Positions 47,400 through 61,164 of a DNA stretch of 64,000 nt are shown in pieces (position 1 is the stretch's first letter; every line of letters begins with the position of its first letter). Source of the DNA: Carcharhinus longimanus. Lineage: Eukaryota. Position numbers and translations under genes: made by a program. The notes under the pieces are model-generated. The model was not told where the DNA came from, searched no databases, and saw only the letters and a program-made list of their open reading frames with translations. The stretch covers positions 84,205,363 to 84,269,362 of the forward strand of contig JASCQW010000027.1 in assembly GCA_030264375.1 (NCBI GenBank), in the 5' to 3' direction.

Positions 47400-49594
47400 T
47401 AAATGGGACACAGGATACAGCACTGAAATGGGTCCATTGGCCTTGAGTGCGTAGTTGCCTCTGCAGCTTCTTTCTTCTATTAGAAAGTATGTTGTTCTGC
47501 AAACAAATAAGCATGTGTAATCTGGTAACAAGCATGTGTAATTGTGGTTGGTGCAGACTTGATGGGCCAAATGGCCTCCTTCTGTACTGTAGGATTCTAT
47601 GATTCCATGATTCTAAATATCAGCTCAGCCAGAAGGCAAATCCAATGCCCCGACTGTCAGGATTAACGCGGCAAGTTTTGCTGTGTGAATGTAATCGCCT
47701 TCGAACAGAGGTGTTGGTCATTCGAATATTTAATTGAGTGTATTTTGATGATATTTTAACCAGCATTTAAATTTACAATACATCCATGGACTTCCTGAAG
47801 GTCACCATCGAAACCAAGACAAGAGATGGATAATACGTAGGGTTCATTAAAGTTAAAGTCAAACAAATATAGCAATAACTACATAGTGCTCACAGCTGCT
47901 TTCTGAGTCACCACTATGAAAGGATATACTCTGAGTACTTGCAGTGAAAGGTTCAGTTTTTTACACTTGAGACATTGAGACTCAACATCAGGATAGGCAA
48001 TGCCATGGCATGCTTTGATTAGAGGCTCTGAGGAGCAAGATAACTATCATCAAGAGCAACAGCCAGCTGTGGAGAGACCTGAAGGTGGGCTATAGACCAC
48101 CTGCTTACATTCTGTCACCAGTTAGCTGGAGGCCTTAATATCACCATCCCAATGGATAGAGACACAAAAAAGCCATTGCCTCCTCCATTGGTATGAACTG
48201 AGAAATCTGTGGAGAAGTTAACCCATCTCTATGTGCACTCTCTTCAGCAGTAGAAGAATGTTTGAGTTGCAAACAATATGTTTTCACTTGTTAGACGTAA
48301 ATTGCAAATTGTCATTGAGTAGGAGAGGTGGAGGTGGGAATGTAAAGAATTGTATAGAGAGCGGACGATACGCATGTGTCCAAGATATGAGTGTGAATCA
48401 AGATGTGATGGAGGATGCTTAGCAGAGCATGGCAGTGAGGGGGAGTCAGGTTGATAATGGTGATGGGAGTGATGTGCAGTACAGGCCTCAGTTGAATGTA
48501 TAATTGTACACTCCTTTCCTGACCTGACTGAGTCATTGAAGCACTTCCTGAACTGAATTGGAGTGTGAAACAACTCCCTTGCTGCAGACCACCTCCAGCC
48601 AAACCTTTTGTCTTTGCAATTTCTTCATCCCATTACTGAGGAAAAGAATCTTTTACTTAGTCCTTACTACATCAAACTGTGATGCATCATTAAACTGAGG
48701 CACAATCTTTGACCACCCTTATCCGATGATTAAACATCTCCCTCTTTGTTCAACCTTGTAATTCCTTCAAATCCCGCCTTTGGATTGACTCTTAAATACT
48801 CCAATTAAGATGACATCATGCAGGCTTTACCATGACTGCTGCTCCGCCTTCAATACCAAATCCAGAAGCAAAACTATCAAAATTATAACTAGGCGGTTGT
48901 GTTGACTTGCCGCAGGCCAATTTGCTGAAAGTTTTTCTGGGTTTGTCAACTGATGATGCACCCTCACCCCACCCATCCCCACAACTACCTTTCACCGCCC
49001 CTCCCCCCCTCAACATCCAAACATTCCTCAATGTTATTATCAGGGCCATTGAGTTCTCTTAAGATATCTTTGTTGACCACAGTTCAATGTAAGCACTTGG
49101 TAATCATACATTTTCCATGCCACAGGGTAACAATGTCTGGTAAGCATTAATATCTAATTACCCTCATTGTAGAACTGCACAGGGTATATTCCACTGTTCA
49201 CAATTCAGAATTAACTGTCTGCATGTTATAATGGTGAGTTTTGAGCATGTCTATTTGGGGTAGGTACTGGTCAGTGCAGCATGTACTTTAGCTTTGTCTT
49301 AGCTGATTTTCTGTGGTCAGTTATGCTATTTTACAGTACAGATGTATGTTGTGCACTACATTTATCCTGTCAAGCACTCATGTATTCCCAAACCTGATGT
49401 GCTAAATGCTTATTTATTTTGCTGTAACATTCCGTAGCCTCATGTACTGCAGATGAATATTACAAGTACACAGTAATCAAAAGAGCTCTAGCAAATCTTT
49501 TCAAAGGTCTGACAGTGTACACCTATCACTAACACTTCTTTTCAGGGATTTAAAGCATCCATAATGCAATTATCAGCTGTTTCTTCAGTATTAG

Positions 49595-49860
49595 GAGATC
49601 TTGTAGCATAGTGGGTAGGGTCCCTGGCTCTGAGTCAGAAGCCCTGTGTTCAAGTCCCATCCCAAGACCTAATGGCCAAGGAAAGTACATTCATATTGTA
49701 GCCAAACCAGCTGAATGTGTCAACCTGCAAATCCTTCCAAACATACCAATGGCCAGTAGTAAGAACACGGAATATTTCTGGTCAGCCATACTTGATGCAG
49801 AATAGTGCCCCACGAGCTATAAGCCCCTGATGAAAAACTAACAACCCCTTTCCAGGAATA
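49595..49860 (+). mobile_element. tRNA-derived SINE, old
   Basis: agcatagtgggtagggtccctggctctgagtcagaagccctgtgttcaagtccc has A/B-box-like motifs. Confidence 0.5.
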
Positions 49861-50729
49861 ACCAGCTATGAAAATAGACACAAGTTTGTATTTGTATGGA
49901 AAGAGAGTTGGCATGGAACCTTGGTATTACATCTGACCTTTTTAGACAGATTTTTTTTTCATGTCTTGCTCTTGCTAAAAGAAATCAAAACAATGAGTTG
50001 ATAACTGGCAGGGCTTCACTTTCTCAAAAAGTTTTTGCAAAGTTATTGCAAAGAATTCTTGCTAGCTACATGAGCTATAAAAAAGTACCAAAAATACTCT
50101 TACCTTGGAAGAGATATTTGACATTTCATGTGATTGTCCCCTCCCTATAAGGATTGCCATTTTGGATTTCCATTCAAACCCACTGAGTTGGCATGGGTCA
50201 TTGCATAGATCAGCAAACAATTCATGGAAAATCCTGCAGATCAGCATATTGCCCCATTCTGGTTGCTAATGACCAAGCTGGGAATCTTCAGAACAAGCCA
50301 AATACATAGCAGATGCTACACAATATGTTACACAAATTCTTCATGGCAAGTTCCCCTATTCATTTTCCAGTACTATCCACAATGTAAAAAAAAAATGAAG
50401 GCCTGAACTATTGTTCTGAAAAAGGTTATGATTAAAGATGACAATTTCGATTTAACAGCTTACTTAAACCCACTATGTAAAAATTAGAGTTAGACCTCAT
50501 TGCCATACGTACAGAGTTAACTCTCACTCCTGTGGGTAATCAACAGAAATGAGATTTTTTTCCAATCACCAAATTTCCTATTAGCCTATGTCAGCTTTCC
50601 TATCCTGTATTCACAATTGTTTCAATATTCTTTATTCTTCCTGTCAGATCAGTAATTTAAATAATGGAAGTTAATGTGCCAGGCATATCACAATAGTATC
50701 AAACATGATGCACAACACAATTCTGTCTA

Positions 50730-51150
50730 GTAAAATAAAAGCAAATTACTGCAGATACTGGAATCTGAAACCAAAAGAGAAAATGCTGGGAAATCTCAGC
50801 AGGTCTGGCAGTGTCTGTAAGGACACAAAAAAGCTAACGTTGAGTCCAGATGACCCTTTGTCAAAACTAAAAGGCATAGAAAGTGGGAGATATTTATACT
50901 GTAGAGTGAGGGAATGTAAGATGGGTGATAGCCACAAAGCCAAGGGAAAGACTGCTAATTATACTGCCATTAGCAGCCTTTCCCCTTGGTTTTGTGGCTA
51001 TGACTCATCTTTCATTTCCTCACCCTTCAGTATAAATATCTCCCACTTTCTATGCCTTTAAGCTTTGACAAAGGGTCATCTGACTTGAAACATCAGCTTT
51101 TTTCTCTCTTTACAGACACTGCCAGACCTGCTGAGATTTTCCAATTTTGC
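50730..51150 (-). mobile_element. Long palindromic Penelope-derived element
   Basis: About 175-bp inverted arms around a 9-bp spacer (tatactgcc); decayed hammerhead cores tttgacaaagggtcatc...gaaac. Confidence 0.8.
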
Positions 51151-51289
51151 CTGGTATTTGTGTGCTTCAATAATCAACAGATTTGGAAAATTGAACTACA
51201 CACTCAATGTAATGCATTTTCTAAAGTTTATAAAACACAAAATAAATGTATGCAATCAGACAGCTATTATACATACGTGCATAGATAAA

Positions 51290-51308
51290 AACACACACAC
51301 ACACACAG
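51290..51308. repeat. (CA)n microsatellite
   Basis: acacacacacacacaca. Confidence 0.9.
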
Positions 51309-52374
51309 ATACATGAATCTCTTGTAAGTGGTTTTCAGGTCTTTCCTTTTCTGTCTCCCACTTTCATGCATTGCTCTTCCATCATTAACCAGTCATGAGC
51401 AAGAAGATCAATCCAGCTTAATTTCCCTTCCTTTTTAGAAAAACAAATTTCTTCTGACAACTGGGTCCAACTGGAGAACACACAACTCAAGAAATCTTGA
51501 GCATGGACTACCCTGAGTGAGATGTGCTTAACTTAGTTTTTCTCCAAGTTACTAAACTGAAACAACTTAAGGGGAGGGTAGTGGTGTAAAGGTTTCTCTT
51601 TAAGGTGATTTCTTCCCTTGGTAACTCCCAGAAGATGGCTTGCATGTTTATAGACCTCCACCACTTCTCTAGTGTCAGGGTGTTCCTATGGATAATATAC
51701 AGTCCGATCTTCCTTGTGCCAAGTTAAAAATTGCAAGATGATATTTTAGTGGAGTGCAGCTGAAGACACAGCTTGATTGTGCAAAATTCAGTGTGCAGTT
51801 TGATTTTTAAAGAAGTATGTAATTAGAAATATTAGCTCTAGGGGAATTAAGAGGAGGAACAGATGGGACTGTAGAAAATGATGGAATGCTTCCTACAATG
51901 TACTGTTCTCTACTGCAAAAAAATCCCAAAAATTGGCTTCTCTGTGCTACAGTTGGCAAGAATAAGCTTCAGTTTCTGCTACAGCAAGGCAATGCTTTTC
52001 TTAAAATAGAATTTATTGGATATTATGACATTGCATTTTTATACCTTCACCTAGACTTCCTAGCTTTAGAAACAGTAGCACAAGTAGTAGGAGCAAGAGA
52101 TCATATGGCCTGTTGAGCAAGCTTTGCCATTCAATACAGTCATGGCTGATCTTGAGTTTCTAAGCCAATTTCCCACCCATTTCCAATATCCCTTGAGTCC
52201 CTGACTTACATGTATACTAGAGCATGCATGATCGTCTGTGGTTGTAGGGGAGAAGAGTAAACCATATTTCACTGTATAATCAATAAATGTGAACATCCCA
52301 ATGGTCATTTGAATGAATTCTTGACAAGAATTTAGCATTTCTGAATTGTCAGTTTGCAGCAGTACCCAAATCTA

Positions 52375-52618
52375 AAACAAAAACAAAATAAGAGATACTG
52401 ATAGAATCAAGCAATTGTTGAGGCTCCATCCTTTGGACATATCCACATTTACAATGGCGCTGCAACCAGAATAAAGGTTTTTATTTATTCTGGTAAAGAT
52501 TCAGATAAAGATTTTTGTNNNNNNNNNNNNNCGCCATTGTAAATGTGAATATGTCCAAAGGATGGAGCCTCAACAATTGCTTGGTTCTCTCAGTATCTCT
52601 CATTTTGTTATTTGTTTA
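52375..52618. repeat. Long inverted repeat (palindromic DNA-element-like)
   Basis: About 85-bp arms: gagatactgatagaatcaagcaattgttgaggctccatcctttggacatatccacatttacaatggcg and its reverse complement. Confidence 0.85.
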
Positions 52619-52746
52619 TCACATTAGGGGGGATTTTTTTTTCGCATCTTTTGGCTGTGCAGGTACGAAAAAGATAGGTCCTTTGGGCATTTATTCTTTT
52701 GGGATTTACTAATGCAATTCTAATTTGAAATCTCACAATGCCCTGC

Positions 52747-53716
52747 TGTTATGACAAGATCTCAGCCACCACCAGTGTAATACTTGATCTGTGACAAGGA
52801 TTTAGATTAGAGTAGATTCAATAATGATGTGGAAAGGGTATAGGATTATAAAATTCTTGAACTATTTTTATTCAACTATATATCAAAATTACAAGGAAAT
52901 GAATAGCTGATGCATAATCCATCAGTGAAAAGCAAAATTTACAAATGGATCTCTTTCAGTTCAACTTTGTCCTCATTTTATAATTAAGTCACTGAACTCA
53001 AATCCTCCCAATCCAGTTCACGTATCCCCTTTCAAACTACAGAACAAGTGGCTGCTTTCACCCAGCTCACTGTCTTATTTTAAACAATGAGATCAACGGT
53101 TAACCACCCAGTTATCTGGATGATATCCACAAAGCTGAATCTTCAACACAGTGCCCTGCCTTTTACTCCCAACTCTTTAACCTGCAGAAAAATTGGTGTT
53201 TGTCTTCCGGTCTTTGCTTTAACTCAACTAGGAAACTAAAAGGTTACACATCATACTCACAAGCTTTCCTTTTACACAGCCCTGCTGCTTCCTCTAGTCC
53301 TTGTTCACACCTGGAATCCTGATCAGATGCTCCTGGGGAATAAAGAGCTAACTTCTGACGTATTGGCCTTCGTCTGGCTGTACAATGAGGAATAAAGGAA
53401 AGATATTCTTTTCTTCTACCCCTCTGTACATGTGTTCAAAAACCCGTGGTGATCAGAGATGGTTACTCCCTGCATGGTCAGCACTGTGACTATTCAAAGG
53501 GTGATGTTATTTCTCATGGACAGAGTCCCTATGAACTGTTTCCAAATCACTTTTTGACTGTTACAAGATCCCCAAACAATCCACATGTTTGATAAGCATC
53601 ATCCAGGTGTTTCCTTGCACCATTTCAAAGTTTCTCGCTCCCCTGACTATAATAATAACCATGGAATTATAAGGAGTTTCAGAATCTTCTTAATGAGGTC
53701 CACCCTGTCAGTGACA
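52747..53716. mobile_element. Possible old solo LTR
   Basis: TGTTATGACA...GTGACA termini and layout similar to 773-3203; no TSD seen. Confidence 0.35.
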
Positions 53717-55374
53717 TGATAATCATAGGCATTTGTACCATTGGCATACTTCCTGACCTCTTATAATTGCAGTCTTGTAGTCGCTTTATTGCCTATATCC
53801 TGCCTTCAGGATACAGCGCACAAAGGACACAAGATATTTCATACTAAATTCTGTTTGTGTTTGTATGCACAGATGAATTGGCCATTACTATTTTTCTCTC
53901 ACTTAACCCTTGTATTCCCACAAAGATTATACTAACAAATTCAACAGTGATCAATCTAGCTTAACGCATCAAACCTTGTGTACAATTAATTAATCAGTTA
54001 CATCTTCATTTCAGGTATTTCAATCCATATTACACCATAATCTGAAGTATAGTGAATAATATAGTGAAAAACTTTACACATAAGAGTCCTTAATGGATCA
54101 GAGGTTTCTCCATTAATATTTTTACTTTTTAGAGGTTACTCACTGTTGTTTTATTTTTTGCTGTTGTTGCAATTGAAGCTTTTCTCATATTAACATCAAT
54201 TAGTGTAATATAAGCTTTCAGTTCAGTTCAGTTCATTAGATCAGAAAGTACAGAAAGAGCACATTCAGCCCATCACGTCTGCACAGACTGTAGGAGGATG
54301 TGTGACTTATTGAACAAAAAGCCATCTAATTAGTTCCATTTCCCCGTCACTTTGCTCATAACAATGGTATGGTACTGCGTTGCTTCGCAGGCTAAGTCAA
54401 AGCGAGCAGCGGAATTGTTTTCAAAGTTTCCCAACTGCAGTATTGCAAGCTGCCCGGGCACAAGATTGAAAACAGAGACATGCTAGTGAAATTCGTAGGC
54501 ACCATAACAAAACTGCTCCCACCCACCTGCAGGCTGGAGCACATCGCCTTGGCAAAGACAGTGGAAATTAGCTTCAAAGGCTCCAGGTGTACATGGAGCC
54601 TGTTGTACATCTATGCCATCTGTTGCAAGGACACTTCCAACCAGGGACAGTACCCAAGGTCACTGCAAACCTGAATGACTGAAAATATTTTCCCAATGAA
54701 CTGGCCTTCTGAGCACCGTATCCACTGATATTCATTACTTTATCTCACCTGTCACTCATACCCATCCATTCCCCTCCTAACACAGGAATCTGCCCCAAAA
54801 GAAGTGAAAACCCCAATTAGAACATTGTCCTAACAGTGATTGGAGTTCCGTTTGTTTATGTTTTTCCCCTGAAGCTTCTCCTTTGTGATGTTAGGATGAG
54901 AATATTATCTCATCCAGTGGTCTATTATCTCATCCAGTGGTCTTTTTACATGTCACCTCAATGGAAACAAAAGTAATGAACAAATAGATATAACAAGTGA
55001 CTCCTGGAATGGAGATGCCCCTTGTTCATTCTACTTGCTCACAACATGGCCTTCATACAATTGGTACTACTTTTGGTAGTTGTCTAAGTTTCACTTGGGT
55101 CACTTCAATGGAGAAGATGAGTGTCTTCAGCAGTGTCATGACCAGTCCTCTGAACATTCACTCAGTAAGTCCTGCTGAAAGTGTGGGAGCAGATCCCAGA
55201 GCTGCAACAAGATCGTTGATGATCCATGCCAAGCTATTTTCCAATACAGTAAGTGCAAGCAAGGCAAGTGCATATACATGGAAGAGTGGGTGAAATTAAC
55301 TCAATTTCTGATTGAAGAGGTTATGAGAAAAGGCTGAGCAGGTTCCCCCATGTTATTGGTGTTTATATTGAAAA

Positions 55375-55563
55375 ATATAAGATTCTAAGGGATGTGACAG
55401 AGTAGTTGTTGAGAATATGTTTCCTCTTGTGGGGGAATCTAAAATTAAGGGGCCCCAGATTTAAAATCAGGGGTTTTCCATTTAAGATCAACATGATGTG
55501 GAGATGTCAGCAGGGGTGGGCACAGTAAGGAGTCTCACAACACCAGGTTAAAGTCCAACAAGT
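55375..55563. mobile_element. CR1 fragment (+) joined to Penelope terminal fragment (-)
   Basis: atgtttcctcttgtgggggaatct; gatgtggagatg...cacagtaaggagtctcacaacaccaggttaaagtccaac. Confidence 0.7.
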
Positions 55564-56814
55564 CCCTTTCAACTCCTGGACAGGAGTTTGCTGTAACACG
55601 AAAAAAGCTGTTTGGTATTCAATAGAAGCTGTAATCATTGCAGTGGAAACTGTAACCTCAGTTATCAGATGGCATATTATGCTGGACTGTGTTGGCGACT
55701 GGTTGTAAATAACTAGCTTTTCCATACTAGAAAGAATAGATATCAAGCTTTGCATCAATCCACAGGCCAAATAGCAGATGGCCTGCTCCAGCGCCAGGTA
55801 CAACAAGCATTTGGTTTGTCTTTTCCATCAACCTTCTTCTGAAGCTTATCCCTGCAATGTCCTTAGCTGACTGCTCTATAGCAAAGTTAATAGAGTATGC
55901 AACCTCATCACCAACAAGCTGGCAGCTGTGATAGCCCTTCCACCCAGAATGAATACTTCCATCAGTGTTTCCCATGTGTTAAGGCATTGCTGATGGTAAA
56001 TGCTGAGCTGGTTCAAATCCCAGGAGGGAAACAGGAAACAGCTGCAAATTGTTTGCAATTTGTGTGGTATTAGGAAAGGTTCTGAAATCTGAAATGGTGT
56101 CCCCAACTGCTCATAGTAATTTTATAGTACAGTAAATGTTTATTAAAAAAATAAAGAACAAAAAATTAGAATTACAATTACACACAAAAATGGCTTCACA
56201 CAGTAACAATGCTTTAAACAGTTCAAAAAGATCTTAACTATTCCCAGAGCTAACCTTCCCCTTCTCTGTTCAGTAAACTTCTTATAGGTATAGATTTTAC
56301 AATAATTCCAGTCATTTTTACCACTCAGTGTATTTGTTTTTTCTTAGAGTGTCCTCTAAGGTTGAGAGCATCTAGTTCTTCAGTCTGGCTTTGTTTATAC
56401 TGCTTCCTGGGAGTTTTGACCAATTATACCTACCACCTCCTGGGAGATCTAAAAAGCTACTCCCTCAAATGATTTTGAGGGAGTATCTCCTTAAATACAT
56501 TCTTTCCCTTTGATCTCTCCACCATCTCACCCAGTCTCTTTGGAAATGCTTTATTGAAGAACTGATTACATTTATTTCTCTACTTTAGCTCTTAAGATTT
56601 AAAAGAAAACTGAACTCCCTCAAATTTATTTTACTTCCTTACACCTTTTTTTTTTACAATGAGTACATGTTCTTCTTTGAATAATCCCTGAACCATCTTG
56701 ATATTTGCATTATCTGTCAGCCACACCTTCAGTGGAAGTGGGTACGTGGAGGATATTTATATATAGGTCTCCAGGAAAACTGTAATCAGCATATGAGTGT
56801 TATAGGTGCAGGTA

Positions 56815-57912
56815 TCTGGTTCATCAGGCATATCATCCCTCAAAAGGACCAAGACGGACAATGCTTGCCAGTTCATCCCCAGCGTGTTTGCATACACCTG
56901 TGACTTTGAGTGCATTATGAGCAGTCAAATGGCCTGGTGGAACACTCAACCAAGCACCTACTAGAGAAATGTCCCTGAGATCTCACAGATTACTCTGCTG
57001 TCTGCAAAATTTGCCAATACAGCGTCTGTCCCCATCAGCACAGCAAATGTTCTCCAGGTGATCAGGCCCGCTTACAACAGAATGTCAAGGCCAACATGAG
57101 TAGTGCCCTTATGAATCAGCACCAAAAGAGAATGAGGCATTATGATCGAAACACTCACAGACTTTGCTTGTTAGCACCTGGTCAAACAGTCATGTTCCAG
57201 GCCACACATGGCCATGACAAACTGGAGACAGTGGTACACTGCCATGCCCCACAGTTAAACAGTAGTTGCCTTGGACGGTGCTCAGTACATACAAAACTGG
57301 CATCACTTACTGCAGGTATCTGAACTAGCATCATCAGCTACCATAGTAGCCCATGCATCCAGTCTGCAATCCAGGCCCCCTACACCAATGGAAGGGAAGG
57401 CTCCTCCAGAGGAAAATGCAGCAAGCCCTGCAGCCACTGAGTTCACTGCCAGGATGCTTGATACCATCCATACTAAGTACACCAAACCAAGGGCATTTCA
57501 GGCACAGCCAACTGGCACAATCACATGCTTAGGGCACATGAGTAGACCAAACATGAGACTCAAGGACTTTGTGATGAATTAGTCTACAAATGGACTTTAT
57601 TTTTAGAAAAAAAGTGTTTTGCACAATGCAAATTTGTATGTTGTAAACAGTTTATACCTTATGACTGTTTTCTTACACTTTCACAACATGTCAGTACTAT
57701 TGGTTGTCCCAACTTAAATGGGGATGACACTGGCCAAGATTTGGTGGTCATGTGGATGCTGCGATGGTGTGGGTACAGAAAGGGTCGCATGATAGGAGTG
57801 TGGGCGTTCTCTCCTGGACATGGGTAGACACGGCATGGAAGAATTTCTCAGTGTTACCAATAAACCTGTATTGCTTTTAGTCCCAGGTCACAAGTCATTG
57901 CAACCTAATACT
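56815..57912 (+). mobile_element. Gypsy LTR retrotransposon 3' remnant (integrase end + LTR)
   Basis: gacaatgcttgccagttc (DN.QF), agtcaaatggcctggtggaa (SNGL.E), QKRMRHYDRNTHRLCLLAPGQTV; AATAAA near 57859. Confidence 0.65.
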
Positions 57913-60249
57913 TTCTGCTGGCCTGTTATTAGCCAGCTCTTCTACTCATCAGTCTCCATACCGCTTGGGAATAATTGAAGGCTCCTGAAAAGGCTTAAGC
58001 TCCAAATGTTTTTTTAAAAAAATGCTACAGGGTATTTCCTTCCCCTCTAAAGTTAGCTCTTTGTTCCGTCGCTGCCGCTGTCCTCCAATTTGTTTCCTAT
58101 GTGTGGCAGAGTTATGTCTGCAGTCCACCCTATATCATTATTACCACTCAAAGAACATGGGTCAGGGTAACCATGTGAAGTTGTGGCATTGTTATTTTTC
58201 ATTATAATTCCAGTGCATTCTGTATTTCTGTAACCAGCAGAAAAGATTCAGTTGAGACTGTATGACAAATTGCATCTGCAATTCTCCTAAAAGAAGTGTC
58301 CAACCATCTATAGCAATTATGCCAAACACATTTCCTGTGCTGTGAAGTCATTCTTTTTAGCCATATTTCCATCGACAAAGCAATTACTCTTCCTATCTTT
58401 CAGATAAAAGAACTTTTAGTTCTGCCATTCGTGCACTTAATTCAAAACAAGTTTCTCTATTGAAGGGAACAAATGCACAAAAACGTAGAGTGATGGCAAG
58501 GCAATGCTCAAATTCCAAAAATAGAAGAGCTTGGCATTCAGCAGCCTGAACAAAAGATTCAGTGAAAAGCAGAACGAAACCATAGAAACGGAGTAACTTT
58601 TCATTTTTAATGTTGTTGGAGCAGTATTGTGCACACAGGAAACATATGTCTCTTCTGATGTGCCATCCAGTAAAAATGAAATTCAATGTGCCTGAAACTG
58701 AAAAGTTTGTAACGTTCACATTGGATACAGAAGCAAATAATTAGAAACAGTTAAATCAGATGGCAGACCGACAGGCAAGATCATTACAATTGGCTAATTG
58801 TGTTTTAATGGATTCATCTTGATTGCTAAAGGCCACAGGCCCTCTGTTCAGTTGGAAAACAACAGGCAAGCACCAAAATGTGTACATGCCAATATATTTC
58901 ACACCTATACAAGAGCTAACACTACAGTAACTGGGCTATTAATTTACATGTAAGGAAAGCTGTTGTGCAGGACCAAAGACATTAAAATGAATAGATTCTT
59001 AAAGAGGAAGCGCATAAAAATCCTGTGCTGTGAAAGATTGAGAATTATTGAACATATAAAGAACATGCAGCAAGGTGTTCTCGATAATGCATTGAATAAC
59101 TTGGTCCATGACAGGGAAAGAAAGAGAAACTATCTATATCCAAATGGTGCTCATCCAGACATATGCTCAGAAGGCAGTGGGAAGATGTAATGGCAGAAGG
59201 TTGGTGGCAGGATTATAGTTCCAAGAACATGGATGTAGGACAGGAAGAAACTTAACAATCTGACACTAGTTGTCAATTTGAGCTTAATCTTCAAATGGCA
59301 TATCTGAAGCAATACCAACTGCACCTTTAGCCTTACTGCTCAATTCACCACACCCCCGCCTTTCCGCCTACCATCAATCTTTTTTTAAAATCAATGCGCA
59401 ATCCTTCACGCTTTCAGGACTGTTTCAAGCCTCAAACACACAACACTTAGCTCACACACTGGCAGATATTCAACCATGGCACCACATCACCCACACATAT
59501 TGCAGGAAACTCACTGACATATTTCCCTTTCTTACATCAGATGACATAAGACAGGAAGCAGCTGAACTGAAGGATGATGCCTATATATTTTCCCAAGAGA
59601 CTGAGCGGGTCACCATGAGAAGGGGCATCAAGTGTCACTGGCAACATGGAGAGACTAACGATAAGGATACTTGCACATTTAATCATCCTTCCCTTCTTTC
59701 CTTTTTCTCCTTATTTCATAATTGTCCAATGTTGTAAGATGCACTTCTTAATTTCACCTCTCTCTTCACCAGAGTCTATCTAACAGGCATTCAACTGCAT
59801 GATGTACTGCCTACCCATTGAGTAAGTGGAGTCCCTTTCGATTCACCAAAAGAGTGGAGTTCACATTATGTCCATTCATATTTGGCAGTCAATGGCACAA
59901 TGCACCAGAGGAACGCCTTCAATCCATACAAACTCTCATACTTGCTCCATCTACTTGTCTGACAAAAGGGAATGAGATAGGTGTTTAGTTTTATACTGAG
60001 AATTTCAGTGGCATTTCTTATACACTAGTGTACTGCAAACTACACAACGCTGCTTATAGCCGAGAAGAAGCCACATGCATAAAAAAAGGCAAGGACATCT
60101 TGATAATCACAGACAATGCAATCCTTGCCCTGCTTTGAGGTTGCAGTTGTGGCCGCAATTGTTGGCAGATTTCGCACATAAAAATCTCTTGGTGAATCAA
60201 AAATAGCTCCAGTATTAATCTTTGCTGAAGTCAAGTAAGAAAATTGTTC

Positions 60250-61150
60250 TTACAAATGCCACACAATGACCATCATCAATAAGAGACACTTTAACCTTGC
60301 CCCTTGACTTTCAATGGTGTTACCATTACTGAATCCCACACTATCAACATCCTTGGGGTTACCATTGACCAGAACCTCAACTGGACTCACCACATAAACA
60401 CAGTGACTACAAGAGCAAGTCAGAGATAGGAACACTGCAGCAAGCAATTCACCTCCTGACTCCCCAAAGCCTGTCCACCATCTATAAGGCACAAGTCAGG
60501 ATGTAATAGAACACTCCCCACTTGCCTNNNNNNNNNNNNNNNNNNNNNNNNNNNNNNNNNNNNNNNNNNNNNNNNNNNNNNNNNNNNNNNNNNNNNNNNN
60601 NNNNNNNNNNNNNNNNNNNNNNNNNNNATGTAATAGAACACTCCCCACTTGCCTGGATGGGTGCAGCTCCAACAATACCCAAAACGTTTGACACAATCCA
60701 AGACAAAGCAGCCCATTTGATTGACACCACGTCCACAAACATTGACTCCCTCCACCACCAATGCTCATTAGCAGAAGTGTGTACAACCTACAAGACCTTC
60801 CATCTACACGTACAATTCACCAAAGATCCTTAGCCAGCACCTTCCAAACCCACGACCACTTCCATCTAGAAGGACAAGGGCAGCAGATACATGGGAACCC
60901 CACAACCTGCAAGTTCCCCTCCAAGACACTCACCATCCTGACGTGTAAATATATCGCCATTCTTTCGCAGTTGCTGAGTCAAAATACTGGAATTCTCTCC
61001 CTAACAGCATTGTGGGTCAATCTACAGAAGATGGACTGCAATGACTCAAGAAGGCAGCTCACCACCACCTTCTCAGGGGCAACTAGGGATGGACAATAAA
61101 TGCTGGCCAGCCAGTGACACCCATGTCCCACAAATGAATAAAAAAAAAGA
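60250..61150 (+). mobile_element. LINE family 2 3' region
   Basis: ILGVTIDQNLNWTHHI, EHSPLAWMGAAPT...IQDKAAHLI, 3' UTR ending in an A-rich tail. Confidence 0.9.
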
Positions 61151-61164
61151 ACATGAACATGATT

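Noticed and set aside
60501-60654. Direct repeat ATGTAATAGAACACTCCCCACTTGCCT flanking a gap
   Set aside because: Most likely an unmerged contig overlap inside a LINE; a hidden insertion cannot be shown
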